Below are positions 24,223-35,169 of a DNA stretch of 35,169 bases, one piece after another. Location of the stretch: positions 130,726,040 through 130,761,208 of the forward strand of contig NC_068982.1 in NCBI RefSeq assembly GCF_001194135.2. The letters are read 5' to 3'. A program made the translations under genes and the position numbers. The stretch is from Octopus bimaculoides. Taxonomy: Eukaryota. The first letter of the stretch is position 1, and each line of letters starts with the position of its first letter. The notes below the pieces were generated by a model. It had not been told where the DNA came from. It was given only the letters and a program-made list of their open reading frames with translations, and ran no database searches.

Positions 24223-26929
24223 CCTTTCTTTACTGGTCACAAGGGCTGAACATAAATACATAGAGGGACAACACAAAACAAGGACTTTAAAACAGAAAAC
24301 GTGTAAACGAAAGAAAACAGATACAGTTAAACCAAAAATCTAACAACAAAATTTCGAAATGGAGGGGGCAGGAGTTTCGCCCAGGGCCAATCAGGGCACC
24401 CCACACATCCTGGTCACCCTGATTGCCAAGGGCACGCCAGGAAGGTACCCATCTTCCCCTCAACTACTCCACTTTATAGACGAATATTAAGAGAAGGCTC
24501 ATTCACACGAGCCATTTTCGCAACATTCACCCACCTTTCAACAAAATTACTGGTGAGCAGTACTTCCTTCTCTAACCCCACTTTCCTTTTCAAGAGAAAC
24601 TTGAAAAAACTGATGAGGGATCGGTCGAAGAGGAAAGTGTCTGCCTTCAGTCCTTTCAGCCTCGTCCACCACACTACCTCTTTCGCTATTGCCACCAGGC
24701 AGAGGAAAGCTGCCTTTCTCCCCGGCCAAAAAAAGGCTGCAGGGTGATCCTCACAGTCCTTTACGTGACAACAACTGATCGTCAATGTTCCACAAGNNNN
24801 NNNNNNNNNNNNNNNNNNNNNNNNNNNNNNNNNNNNNNNNNNNNNNNNNNNNNNNNNNNNNNNNNNNNNNNNNNNNNNNNNNNNNNNNNNNNNNNNNNNN
24901 NNNNNNNNNNNNNNNNNNNNNNNNNNNNNNNNNNNNNNNNNNNNNNNNNNNNNNNNNNNNNNNNNNNNNNNNNNNNNNNNNNNNNNNNNNNNNNNNNNNN
25001 NNNNNNNNNNNNNNNNNNNNNNNNNNNNNNNNNNNNNNNNNNNNNNNNNNNNNNNNNNNNNNNNNNNNNNNNNNNNNNNNNNNNNNNNNNNNNNNNNNNN
25101 NNNNNNNNNNNNNNNNNNNNNNNNNNNNNNNNNNNNNNNNNNNNNNNNNNNNNNNNNNNNNNNNNNNNNNNNNNNNNNNNNNNNNNNNNNNNNNNNNNNN
25201 NNNNNNNNNNNNNNNNNNNNNNNNNNNNNNACGGTGACCACACTTAATCACCGTTTAGGAAACCCTGGAAATGTCGCAGCCTCAGCGCATGTGATAGTGT
25301 GAGCGTGTTTCTCTTAGTGAATGCTTGAGAGAGGGGGTGAGGGGCTGGTTTGACAGATACCCTGGGTGGTTTTCTCCATTGAATGGGGTTCATGTGCCTC
25401 TGTTGTTGGAGATGCGGTTATAGTTTTGTTAAAAGGTCTGTTGTTGCTGTTGTTGTTGTTGGTGATGTGACGTAGGCTGCAGGTGTGGCCGTGCACCTCC
25501 CTACTTTTGGGGGAAGAAGGCTCTCAGGCGCCTTGTGGCTCTAAAGATGTCGCATCTGGGCTTCTTGCCTTCCTTACCGACACGCAGTTCCACCCCGTTG
25601 GGCATTTGGGTCAGGTCCGGGATCTTATCGATATTTCTGGTTTTACATGTTTTAATATTTCCAAGTTGATCCTGAACCAGTTTTTCTTGCTGCTCCTTTC
25701 AACCTCCAGAAGTAACTCTGGGTCCTATACCACATGGGTGACAATCTACTAGACGCTTGCACCTGGAGGCACACCCGTAACCCAAATTCTGGTCGTTCTA
25801 TTTGAGGTAGGTGCGATACGGGACCCACTCCTCAGTCCACGAATGTGACATTGCGTGTCTTCGCGCGAGGTTCTAACTTTTAAGAGAACCTCAGTGCTGG
25901 CAAACTGCCTCCTTCTCAGCATATGGGCCACACCTATTAAAATTTCTTTTAGGGCTGTCTCAGTATGACTGATGGGGGCTATTTCCGCTCTTCTACTTTT
26001 GTGTGATATCCATCTAAAATAGACTGCCTTCTTTTCTTTTGCCTCTATTATTTCGGGAGGTACGAGCACTGCTGCCTTGCTCCACTTAAATCTGATAATG
26101 TCTTTCGCTTTTGAGAGTTCACGTGTTCTCTCATCGGGTGCGATGGTAAACATTTCTCTCTCTCTTTTCTTCGCTACTTCGGCAAACCTTTTGTTTTTGT
26201 TGCTGTTGTCATCAACGTCGCTGTTGTTGTTGCTGCTGTTGCTGCTGCTGTTGCTGATGATGGTGGTGTTGGTGGTAGCCACTCCCACTGTTGCTACTCT
26301 CACCCCTACTGTTACTGATATTTCCTTCCACTCCGCTTTCAATTATAGCATTTTTCCGTTTAATATCCGTAGCTTCGCAAACGAAACTGCTGTTTTTGCT
26401 ACTACTGTCAATGCTGTTGCCGATGCTGATGCTGTTGTTGTTTTTCGTGTTGTTGCTGCTACCACTACTACTACAGCTGCTGCCGCTGTTACTGTCATTG
26501 CTACTAGTGCTCTTGTCGATGTTGCCACTACTGCTACTGCGATGTGGACTTTGTACTCCCCACCCCCATCGTATTCTTCTCTTCTCCAATATTGTGTTGT
26601 AAGTAAAAGAGGCAAGGGAAGGGAAATCTTCAGTAGTCAATAGAGCTGCGAGACGAGCAGTTTTCATTCTTAACTCTTTCAAGATGAGCTCCGCCATCTT
26701 GCTGAATTATTTATGATTAAACGCCCATCGAACTTATTGGGGTGAGGAAAATAGCTCTGCGAAGGGCCAAACAAATACAGAGACTCAGCGACAGGTTCCT
26801 GGTGTTTCTATTAAGAACTTGGAACAAAATGTAAACCGAAACAATGACCCCAAACAGGTGTAAACAAATGTTTTAAACAGGACTTACTTAGAGAGTTCGG
26901 AAACACGTCCGATGCACTCCGCAGCAAAT
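24223..26929 (-). mobile_element. L1-superfamily Tx1-type non-LTR retrotransposon: ORF1, start of ORF2, gap, ORF2 C-terminus and 3-prime UTR
   Basis: ORF1 (about 26697 to 25314, with frameshifts and stops): MAELILKELRMKTARLAALLTTEDFPSL, a low-complexity stretch, KRFAEVAK, TRIWVTGVPP and a degenerate CCHC knuckle EGKKPRCDIFRATRRLRAFFP. An ORF2-like start (M/V)IKCGH lies at about 25251, followed by the N gap. The ORF2 C-terminus AFLCLVAIAKEVVWWTRLKG...FLLKRKVGLEKEVL...FVERW ends at 24474. The 3-prime UTR runs into (TTA)n. The position of the 5-prime end is inferred. Confidence 0.8.
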
Positions 26930-26956
26930 ATGATGATGATGATAATGATGATAATG

Positions 26957-27027
<71 letters not shown>
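26930..27027. repeat. (TGA)n(TAA)n microsatellite between the Tx1-type element and an R4 fragment
   Basis: Directly visible. Confidence 0.95.
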
Positions 27028-27028
<1 letters not shown>

Positions 27029-27340
27029 TGCGATCACCTAACCAGACATAAGAAGCCGGACATTCTTGCGATGAATAAAAATGAAAGAACATGTATGATT
27101 ATCGACATAGCATGCCTCGGGGACAAAAGAATCGATATGAAAGAAGAAGTAAAAATAGACAACTATGACGATTTAAAGTGGGAAATGCGAAGGTTGTGGT
27201 CAATGAAGAGAGTAGACGTGATACCAGTAGTAATTGGTGGGTTCTTGACATAGGAGGGTTCTTGATAGCTGAGGCTGCTTGTTGTAGCCCGATGTTAGGA
27301 TTCTTTTTTTTCCAAAAGTCTAATCTGTTGAATGCACATG
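27028..27340 (+). mobile_element. R4/Dong-clade 3-prime fragment (RLE domain and 3-prime UTR), second subfamily
   Basis: CDHLTRHKKPDILAMNKNERTCMIIDIACLGDKRIDMKEEVKIDNYDDLKWEMRRLWSMKRVDVIPVVIG shows the PD...D..E-K RLE signature. There is an internal deletion before the final VLD motif. It is flanked by (TAA)n upstream and aataatatt(AAC)n(AAT)n downstream. Confidence 0.88.
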
Positions 27341-27349
27341 AATAATATT

Positions 27350-27407
<58 letters not shown>

Positions 27408-27445
27408 GCAATAACAACAACAACAATAATAATAATAATAATAAT
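27341..27445. repeat. (AAC)n(AAT)n microsatellite between two R4 fragments
   Basis: Directly visible. Confidence 0.95.
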
Positions 27446-28220
27446 AACAGACTGTGTATGAAAAGAAAGAATGGTGCCAGAGGATAATTAGTATAGACCA
27501 TTGTATAAGGAGTGAAAGGAGAAGGTTTACCGAGTATTTGATAAATAGTGATGAAGACCTGCTGCAATATGCCGCGAAAGATGTGGGTATAAATGCAGAT
27601 GAAATGATGGGCAACGCAGAGTTTAACCAAAGAACTGAGGAGAAGAGAAAAGAAGACCTTGAAATGAGAATGCATGGACAGTTTGAAATGAATGCACAAG
27701 ACGTTAAGGATAATATAGCATCGTGGGCATGGCTTGAGCGAGGTGATTTGAAGCATACCACCGAAAGCCTGATCATTGCTGCATAAGACCAGGTTCTCGC
27801 TACCAATTCAGTGCAGTATAACATCTATAAAACTTTTGACACCCAGAAATGCAGATTCTGTGGAAAGAGTGTGGAAAATGTGACCCACTTGGTAAGTGGA
27901 TGTGAGCTCCTTGCACAAAAAGAGTACAAACACTGTCACGATGAAGTGCGTATGTGTCTTCATTGGCTCTTATGCCGTAAATACCAATAAGAAGTAACAG
28001 AGAACTGGTATGAGCGTGTATCAAATAAAGTTATGCAGGAGGATGGAAAAGTAGCGATACTCTGGGACTATGATTTTCAGACGGATCGTGTAATCGAACA
28101 CTGTCGGCTGGATATTGTCATATTGAATAAGGAAGACAAATACTGTGAGATCATTGATGTAGATGTAGCCAAACCAAATGACATGAATGTTGTAAGTAAA
28201 GTAATTGAAAAATATCACCA
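27446..28220 (+). mobile_element. R4/Dong-clade fragment (post-RT, CCHC and RLE start), truncated at both ends
   Basis: RLCMKRKNGARG, GDLKHTTESLIIAA*DQ, CRFCGKSVENVTHLVSGC...HCHDEV, ILWDYDFQTDRVIEHCRLDIVILNKEDKYCEIIDV..KPNDMNV..K.IEKY. Confidence 0.9.
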
Positions 28221-28837
28221 AGTACCAGTTCAATGTAGATTTACATCATGTCAGGCACTCTGGAGTGAAAGAGTAATATATAAACAAACGAACAAATCTA
28301 AAAGTCACCACAGTCAGCGAAAATTCTAGAATTAAGGCTAATGAGAAGAAAAGATAAATAGTTAGTATATCAATATGCTTATCTTTTTTCATGAATGCGT
28401 TCCTATTTGATTGCTATTCCACAAACTGAAACGCGAAGGAGCTATGTAAACTCTAATGCACAGACCATTTATAGTTTTAATAAAGAACTCGATTTTTAGT
28501 TTTCGCTTTAAGTCGCAAGTCGTGGTGTAAAAAGAATTAACAAAATTCATTGTGACGTCACTAAATTGAGACGCTAGCTGTTAAAGATTAATAGCAAAAG
28601 CAGCTGTAGTAACTGCAGCAACATCAGTTGCATCAGCAGTGGTAGCAGAAGCAGTGTCAACAGTCATAAAATGTGATAAAATCGAAATAAATCCTTGATT
28701 GCTAGACAATGTCATGATGATAAGAAAACTAACATAAGTATGCATATAGAACATTATGATCGTCATAAGGATCGTAACGATGATTATGAATGCGACCATG
28801 ATTCTGATCATGGATAATAACTACGATTATGACTATG

Positions 28838-29069
28838 TATTGGAGTGTCCGGAAAATTCGTGCTGATTTTTAAAGGAAAGAAAAAGGTCAATAAATACTT
28901 GCCATTACATTTTTAATCAACCAAATATGAACCATTTTGTTACACAATGCGTCTCCATTTTCCCTTTAACTTGAAAATACCCTCTTCCCAGAATTGGGGT
29001 GGTTTCATGGCAAATAAGTTGAAAGGTAAGCTACTATAAATCGGCACGAACTTTCCGGACAACCCAATA
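28838..29069 (-). mobile_element. Mariner-derived MITE (228 bp plus TA target duplications)
   Basis: 30-bp TIRs ttggagtgtccggaaaattcgtgctgattt versus reverse complement ttgggttgtccggaaagttcgtgccgattt (4 mismatches), with TA on both sides. The interior keeps only a transposase C-terminal remnant on the minus strand (FKLKGKWRRIV*QNGSYLVD*). Confidence 0.9.
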
Positions 29070-29294
29070 TATTTCCTGTGACTGAGAGAAAGATTTATGA
29101 CTGGTACTGCCAAAATAAGTGGAATAGTAATACAGATGTAGAATAGATATTCAAGAAAGATAAGTGATTACAAAATATTTTTTAGTACTTTGAGCAAGAA
29201 ACTCAATAAGAAAGTGTAACTTAAAGATACTGGATCCCACCATCTTGCTTGGCGATAGCCTAATCAACTGTAGTGTCAGGGATGACATAAATCT

Positions 29295-29483
29295 TTAAAA
29301 AAATTGGGACATTCTAAGGGATTCTGAACGCTGAGAGCCTTTATTTCTCTTGACTATGAATGGTATACCTTTGCAAAAGTCCTCCACTGCTTTTCGAATC
29401 TTGAAAACGTAGCTGGAGACCTTCAAGTCACTAAGGCCGACAGCCAGAGCTACAATCATGAAGTAATTTTTGAATTCCCGTAA
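29295..29483 (-). mobile_element. Probable N-terminal fragment of a Tc1/mariner-superfamily transposase
   Basis: LREFKNYFMIVALAVGLSDLKVSSYVFKIRKAVEDFCKGIPFIVKRNKGSQRSESLRMSQF resembles, from memory, the N-terminus of an octopus Tc1/mariner family (AII..SDLEIARFLKVARSFV.KVRK...KRK.H.QRSDS.RTPEF). The match needs confirmation by search. Confidence 0.45.
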
Positions 29484-30039
29484 GAGTGGAATTTACAATG
29501 TTTCATGTGTAGCTATTAATGTGAAATAAATAACTTTAATGTTTTTATTCCGACTGCACATTTAAGAAAATACAGAGAAATAGGTACATCGCTCAGCCGT
29601 CCACAAATATAAGATGGCCGATTCTAGTGCTAAATAATTAATACCTGTGAAAACATACGCTTATTAAGACTGACTATAACAATGTATGTACGACTTAAAT
29701 ACCAAATACGATATCAACAAAATAAAAGAATCTGTATGCGTTGTGTGTGCTTGTGCTTTGAGTGTGTCTGTGTGCATGCGTGCGTGAGTGCCTGACCGTG
29801 TGCGTGCGTGTACGTATGTGCGTGCGTAAGTGTGTGTGTGTGCGTGCGTGTGCACGAGTGTGTATATGTGTGGGCATATATGATTTGCTTTGAGGCCTTT
29901 ACTCTGATGTAGCTGTATGGATACCGTCATGATATACATGTCTTGGGTATTTCTTGACCTGAATTCCATAACACTCCACGTTTGGCTACAGCGAACCTCT
30001 CCAAGAAAGGGAAGAATCGAAGTACAGGATTCGTATTTT

Positions 30040-30170
30040 AGTTATCGACCTGAAAATGGCGAAAAGCAAAGTTGACCTCGGCAATATTTGAACTCATAAC
30101 ACTGAGAGCCAGGACAAATGCTGTAAGCATATATATCTGACAGTTTACGGATTCTGCTGAATCACCCCTT
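30040..30170 (-). mobile_element. Diverged 5-prime half of SINE family B
   Basis: Minus strand ggtgattcagcagaatc...atgcttacagcattt...tgagttcaaatattgccgaggtcaactttgc...gtcgataa. Confidence 0.7.
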
Positions 30171-30252
30171 AAGTATATAAGCGCACACATACTACATATA
30201 CGTACATACATACATACATACATACATACATTCATTCATACATACATACATA

Positions 30253-32170
30253 ATTCCAAGGGGACAGCCTCTCTGTGATGTTTATATTTTATGTAAACCC
30301 CTTGTCATTCATGTTAAGGAAGTCTGAAGAATATTTCACTGGTTCACAGGGAAACAGAAATACCAAAATTACACTCTGTTTCTTTGTGGATGACTTGAAA
30401 CTTTATGCAAAGAATATGCATGAGATTAAAAAGAGCCTTGACCTAGTTACAACATTCTGAAAGGATGTAGGGTTGGAGTTTGGTCAGGATAAACGTTGTT
30501 TTATGTTTGTGAAAAGGAAGAAAACTATAAGCCAGACTAGCAACATCTCCATCAGTGATTTGACTGTTTCCCCTGTATCTGACGAGGAATGTTACAGGTA
30601 CCTAGGGGTGGATGAAAGCATATCTGACAATGGCTCCTGTAACAAAGCACGTGTTACTGAAGAATATTACAGTCGAATAAAGAAAATTTGAACCTCAGAA
30701 CTCTCTGCATTCAATAAAACAATGGCTCACAATGTGTTTGTAGCGCCAGTACCAACATTTGGGCTGCTTGATTGGACACTTGATGGAATCCGAGCCATTG
30801 CTGTGAAAACCCAAAGAATACTAACAAGCACACATAATTTCCACATAAACAGTTACGTAGACTGCCTCTACCTAAAGCGAAAACAAGGCGGCAGAGGCTT
30901 AACTTCGATCCAAAAGGCGTTTGAATGTCGTATCATATCCCTTCGGCAACGACTTTTAATCACCAAGAGTCGAAGTGCATCCCTTGACCAAGTTTGCATG
31001 CATGATAACATCGTAAGACATGGAAGGCAGCTACTTGAGCAACATTGTTTGTCTGATAACCTGAAATACATGCCCAAAGAAGTCGCACAACTCTACCGCA
31101 ACATATCAACAGATGAAAGTATGAGCTTATAAAAGCAGAAGACTATGCATGTATATGTTAGTAGAAAGGTGCGAGATGATAGTAACATTGATCATCAAAG
31201 TAGTCTATCATGGACCAATAGCAGGATTATTATGTCCCGCTTTGAAGGGTATGCGTTTGGAATCCAGGAACAGGGAATATGAACCAAATACCTGATGCAC
31301 AAAAGGGATAGAAATGCTTGAAAAAACAGTAAAATATGACAACTGATGCAGACTTTGTGGAGTAAACACGGAAGATGTCACCCACATCATAAGCAGTTGT
31401 TCAAAAATGTAATCACGGTATTATCTACCGATGAAACATGATGTTGTAGCTAAGACACTCTATAATGAAATCCGTCGAAAGGACAGACCCGAATAAGAAC
31501 TAAGAACCCGCAGTATGGTAGAAGCCATAGTCACACATAATAAAAAGGAGTACTGGTGGAATATCCCAGTGAAGACTTCAATAAAATGTAAGCATAACAG
31601 ACTTGATATAATGATTTGGGATCAGAAGAGAAACTGTGTACAGTTGTGGAAATTAGCTTGCCAGCGGATGTTAACATAAAGCTAAGGATAAGTGAAAAAG
31701 AGAATACCTACGCTGAACTATTGAGAAATCTACAGTTACTCTATCCAGATTACAAGTTCAGGTTTATACCTGTATTTATTGGGGCCCTGGGATATGTAAC
31801 ACTGCCTAAATACCAATCTTGAGAAATTAGGCTTCTCAAAACCAGAAAGGAGAAAACTAATTCAAGACTACAGATCCAATCCATCATTGGAACTGTAAAA
31901 ATCTGTAAAACGTTCCAGAAGTTTAACATTTAAATATATATGAGCATGTCTGGACATGCAACTATATGCATGAAAAGCATACATAAAACAAAACACACAA
32001 ATCTACGCATATGCATATACATACATATATACATACATACATACATACATACATGCATACGAACAAAAATACCGTATTGTTGAGGCTGAAATTCCAACGA
32101 AGGAGTTCGGGATCTAGGTTAGAAACCATTTCTTACTCTATTGGCACGAAATTTTGAAATAAACTGAACA
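30253..32170 (+). mobile_element. R4/Dong-clade element, related to the copy at 12496; 5-prime truncated at the RT FQGD motif and pseudogenised
   Basis: FQGDSLS, LCFFVDDLKLY, YRYLGVDE, LYLKRKQGGRGL, CRLCGVNTEDVTHIISSC, EYWWNIPVKTSIKCKHNRLDIMIW, EISLPADVN..EKENTY, SIIGTVKICKTFQKFNI* (stop 31933). The putative 3-prime UTR contains a CATA tract and ends near aataaactgaac. It begins immediately after (CATA)n at 30200-30252. Confidence 0.92.
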
Positions 32171-32184
32171 ATGCTATACATGTA

Positions 32185-32251
<67 letters not shown>

Positions 32252-32657
32252 NNNNNNNNNNNNNNNNNNNNNNNNNNNNNNNNNNNNNNNNNNNNNNNNN
32301 NNNNNNNNNNNNNNNNNNNNNNNNNNNNNNNNNNNNNNNNNNNNNNNNNNNNNNNNNNNNNNNNNNNNNNNNNNNNNNNNNNNNNNNNNNNNNNNNNNNN
32401 NNNNNNNNNNNNNNNNNNNNNNNNNNNNNNNNNNNNNNNNNNNNNNNNNNNNNNNNNNNNNNNNNNNNNNNNNNNNNNNNNNNNNNNNNNNNNNNNNNNN
32501 NNNNNNNNNNNNNNNNNNNNNNNNNNNNNNNNNNNNNNNNNNNNNNNNNNNNNNNNNNNNNNNNNNNNNNNNNNNNNNNNNNNNNNNNNNNNNNNNNNNN
32601 NNNNNNNNNNNNNNNNNNNNNNNNNNNNNNNNNNNNNNNNNNNNNNNNNNNNNNNNN

Positions 32658-32726
<69 letters not shown>

Positions 32727-32727
32727 T

Positions 32728-32902
32728 ACGACGAGCTTCTTTCAGTTTCCACTCACAAGGCTTTGGTCGGCCCGAGGCTATAGTAAAAGACACTCGCCCA
32801 AGGTGCCAGGCAGTGGGACTGAACCCAGAACCATGTGGTTCGTAAGGAAGCTACTTACCATACAGCCACTCCTACGCCTATACACAGCCACTCCTACGCC
32901 TA
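32728..32902 (-). mobile_element. 5-prime half of SINE family A with a 22-bp tandem duplication at its head
   Basis: Aligns with 20920-21071. The segment acagccactcctacgccta is repeated at 32859-32902, and there is a small internal deletion at agtttcc/actcac. Confidence 0.88.
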
Positions 32903-33026
32903 TGTTAGTATTCTTACACAGGTTTCAGAATCTATATTTTTTACGTTTGACAACTATGTCGCGTAACTTTGCGGTCCGAAAACTATCAAATTACAGAAAA
33001 ATAGCAATATGATTTAATCTTTAAAT

Positions 33027-33115
33027 CAAGCATCGGCAACTTTTTTCGAGGAGTGGGCTGCATGAGACATGGCTCATCATCAAGTGGACCGCACAACTAA
33101 AAACATTCCGTGTAA
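33027..33115 (+). mobile_element. Possible hAT (Charlie-like) terminal sequence
   Basis: caagcatcggcaacttttttcgaggagtgggctgcatg...gggccgca resembles CAGGGGTCGGCAACCTTTT...GGGCCGCA termini. I found no matching second end. Confidence 0.35.
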
Positions 33116-34136
33116 CTTTTCCTGGGCCGCAGTTTACTATGACTGTTATAGGTTCTCTGATTTGGCAGACCATTTTTCAGCTTTTTTGATATAACATTTC
33201 TCTCCAACATTTTCTTCCCGAACAGACGGTTTCATCATCATTAAATATTTCTCTTAAATAACGGCAAACTGTATTTTAGTTAAAAGTAATACAAATTTCG
33301 TGCAGTTCATTTTAATCATTTGGTCAACATTCACTGCGTAGTTTGCTGTTATGTAGAAAGCTTTGATTAAAATATAGTTTCAACTCATTCCTTGCTGTCT
33401 CTGAAATCCAGGTTTTACTTCATTTGTCATGTTCTTTTCATTAAAAATCTATTCGGTTCTTCCCCCTATAAATAGTGTTGCTATATATATAATAAAAGTA
33501 TAGCTTTTTCATAAGCAGCGCTCCTGAGTTTTTCTTATCCCTTATCCAAAATTATAAACCTTTCTTCCTTTGTTTTATAATGTTACTACGTGTGTATAGT
33601 GCGTGTTTCGAACTTATTGACTTGTCTATTTTATTTTCTGAGGAGGTTTTGTTAAGTTTTTCTTAGATTTGTTTCAATAAATTTCAACTGCTTCGCACCT
33701 TCTGTCGAGTCCTTTCTATTCCAAAGTTTATATAATATTTTAATTTTCATTTCTATAGAAGTTGACTTTTTTGTTTGAATTTGGTTTGACATTTAAAAAT
33801 ATATATCAAACTTTAGCGTGCAAATCAATCTTAGAAGTGAAATAAAGTATCATCGAAAGAAAATGAAAAAGAAACGCGAAACTGAAACGACGAAATAACG
33901 AAGTGGTATTTCTAAAAACTGAAATACGTAAAGAATAAAAATTCAAGCAAAACCAAAGCAGTGCTAAGATAAAACCGTTGAAAGTGTATAACCGTGGGAA
34001 GGAAACAAATTAATGTATGAACGATTATATCTATATTTACATGTATGTATGTATGTATGTATGTATGTATGTATGTATGTATGTATGTATGTGTGTATGT
34101 ATGTATGTAGCAACTTGAGAAAGTAACTTTTATTAT

Positions 34137-34449
34137 AACCCCGGGCCGACCAAATCCTTGTGAGTGGATTTGGGAAATGGAAACTGAATAAAATCTATCA
34201 TATACAAATATGTGTATGTGTGTGCGTACGCGCGTCTATGTGATTGTTTTCATCCGCCACAACCACTTGATGTCCAGTTTTGGTGTGTTTACGTCCCATA
34301 ACTTAGTGGTTCAGTAAAAGTTACCGATAGAATTAGTGCCAGGCTTTCATAAAATCAGTACTGGGGGCAATTCGTTCGACAAAACTCTTTCAAGGCACTT
34401 CGTAGCTGCAGTCTAACGACTGAAAGAAATAAAAGCCAAAGAATAAAAG
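34137..34449 (+). mobile_element. Diverged, 5-prime truncated SINE family A
   Basis: gggccgaccaaatccttgtgagtggatttgg...ggtgtgtttacgtcccataacttagtggttcag...gcagtctaacgactgaaagaaataaaag, followed by (CATA)n. Confidence 0.82.
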
Positions 34450-35169
34450 ACATACATACATACATACATACATACATACATACATACATACATACATACA
34501 TACATAGGGACACAACTTAGGTATACTGGCAGTGTTAATTTAATTAGCTATTATCGTATATATCTGGTTTGTTGTTGATGGCGGTTTTAATTATTTAATT
34601 AAAATGACCTTAAAACTCAAATTTCAGGTATAACGTTCAGTTGGTTTGATGGTGACTGTGATGTGACGGTCCCAGTTATACAAAAGAACAGGATATTGGA
34701 AGTGCGTATGCTGGTAAGTAGGTGATTTAACAGTACCCACGTCTGCCTTATCACTATTACCTGCACATATCAGTGCTAAGACTGATTGCCATCTTGTTCA
34801 AGATATTTTTTCAAAGATTAAATATTAAAGTACGCGTTAAAGGTGTAAAATTTATATCATTTTCTTTTTAATCTTTAATTTCTTCATTTCCGCTTTGTAT
34901 TATAGCATTATAGTGGCTTTCACAATCGATTTTAAACACACTCACGCACGCACACAAACACACAAACACACACACACACACGCACACACAGACGAATTCA
35001 TACACTCATATCCTATATTCGTATGTATGCGTTATGCATGTATGTGGGTATATGTATGTGTAAGTATGTTTGTATGTATGCATGAACATATATATACACA
35101 TACATAATAATATATTACACATACATAATAATACATTATAATATATTATATATATATATATATATATAT

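Larger units (their letters stand above)
13126..32657. other. Assembly gaps (N runs)
   Basis: 13126-13135, 16728-17105, 18270-18279, 19931-20059, 23301-23474, 24797-25230 and 32252-32657. Most lie next to microsatellites or inside repeats. Confidence 0.99.
1..35169. repeat. Dispersed di-, tri- and tetranucleotide microsatellites
   Basis: Examples: CA/TG at 2903-2950, 4430-4657, 10430-10560, 16277-16361, 19450-19550, 20060-20116, 21840-21976, 29730-29875, 32180-32251; TA at 18226-18380 and 20630-20657; CT at 23257-23300; TATG/CATA at 12466-12495, 30200-30252, 34040-34110, 34452-34506. Confidence 0.97.

Noticed and set aside
28553-28560. Perfect CRE palindrome TGACGTCA
   Set aside because: A single 8-mer is not unexpected in 35 kb, and there is no supporting promoter context.
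28580-28835. Ala/Thr/Ile/Met-rich minus-strand ORF
   Set aside because: Degenerate trinucleotide low-complexity sequence with no gene context.
16578-33012. Long ORFs with X runs or HT/CV/YI/SL repeats in the supplied track
   Set aside because: They are open only because N gaps and microsatellites contain no stop codons.

Overview
AT-rich, microsatellite-dense eukaryotic DNA with seven N gaps. It is most likely octopus/cephalopod, judged from recalled octopus tRNA-derived SINE sequences; no database search was run. I cannot identify any intact host gene. The window is mostly decayed mobile elements: a Hero-clade retrotransposon fragment, five R4/Dong-clade fragments, one L1/Tx1-type element with ORF1 and both ends of ORF2, two CR1/L2-group LINE fragments, two mariners, a Tc1, a mariner MITE and other small DNA-transposon pieces, and two SINE families. 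The most interesting structures are: (i) a nest at 23.9-28.2 kb where a Tx1-type element and two R4-type fragments all sit in (TAA)n tracts, while the two long R4 copies start directly after (CATA)n tracts, suggesting microsatellite-targeted insertion; (ii) a diverged tandem triplication at 0.7-4.66 kb with an unexplained well-conserved core of about 300 bp; (iii) a near-perfect hairpin of about 55 nt, a higher-order (ATC)n repeat and several candidate small exons. Most long ORFs in the supplied track are microsatellite or N-gap artefacts. All alignments and translations were done by eye and element boundaries are approximate.
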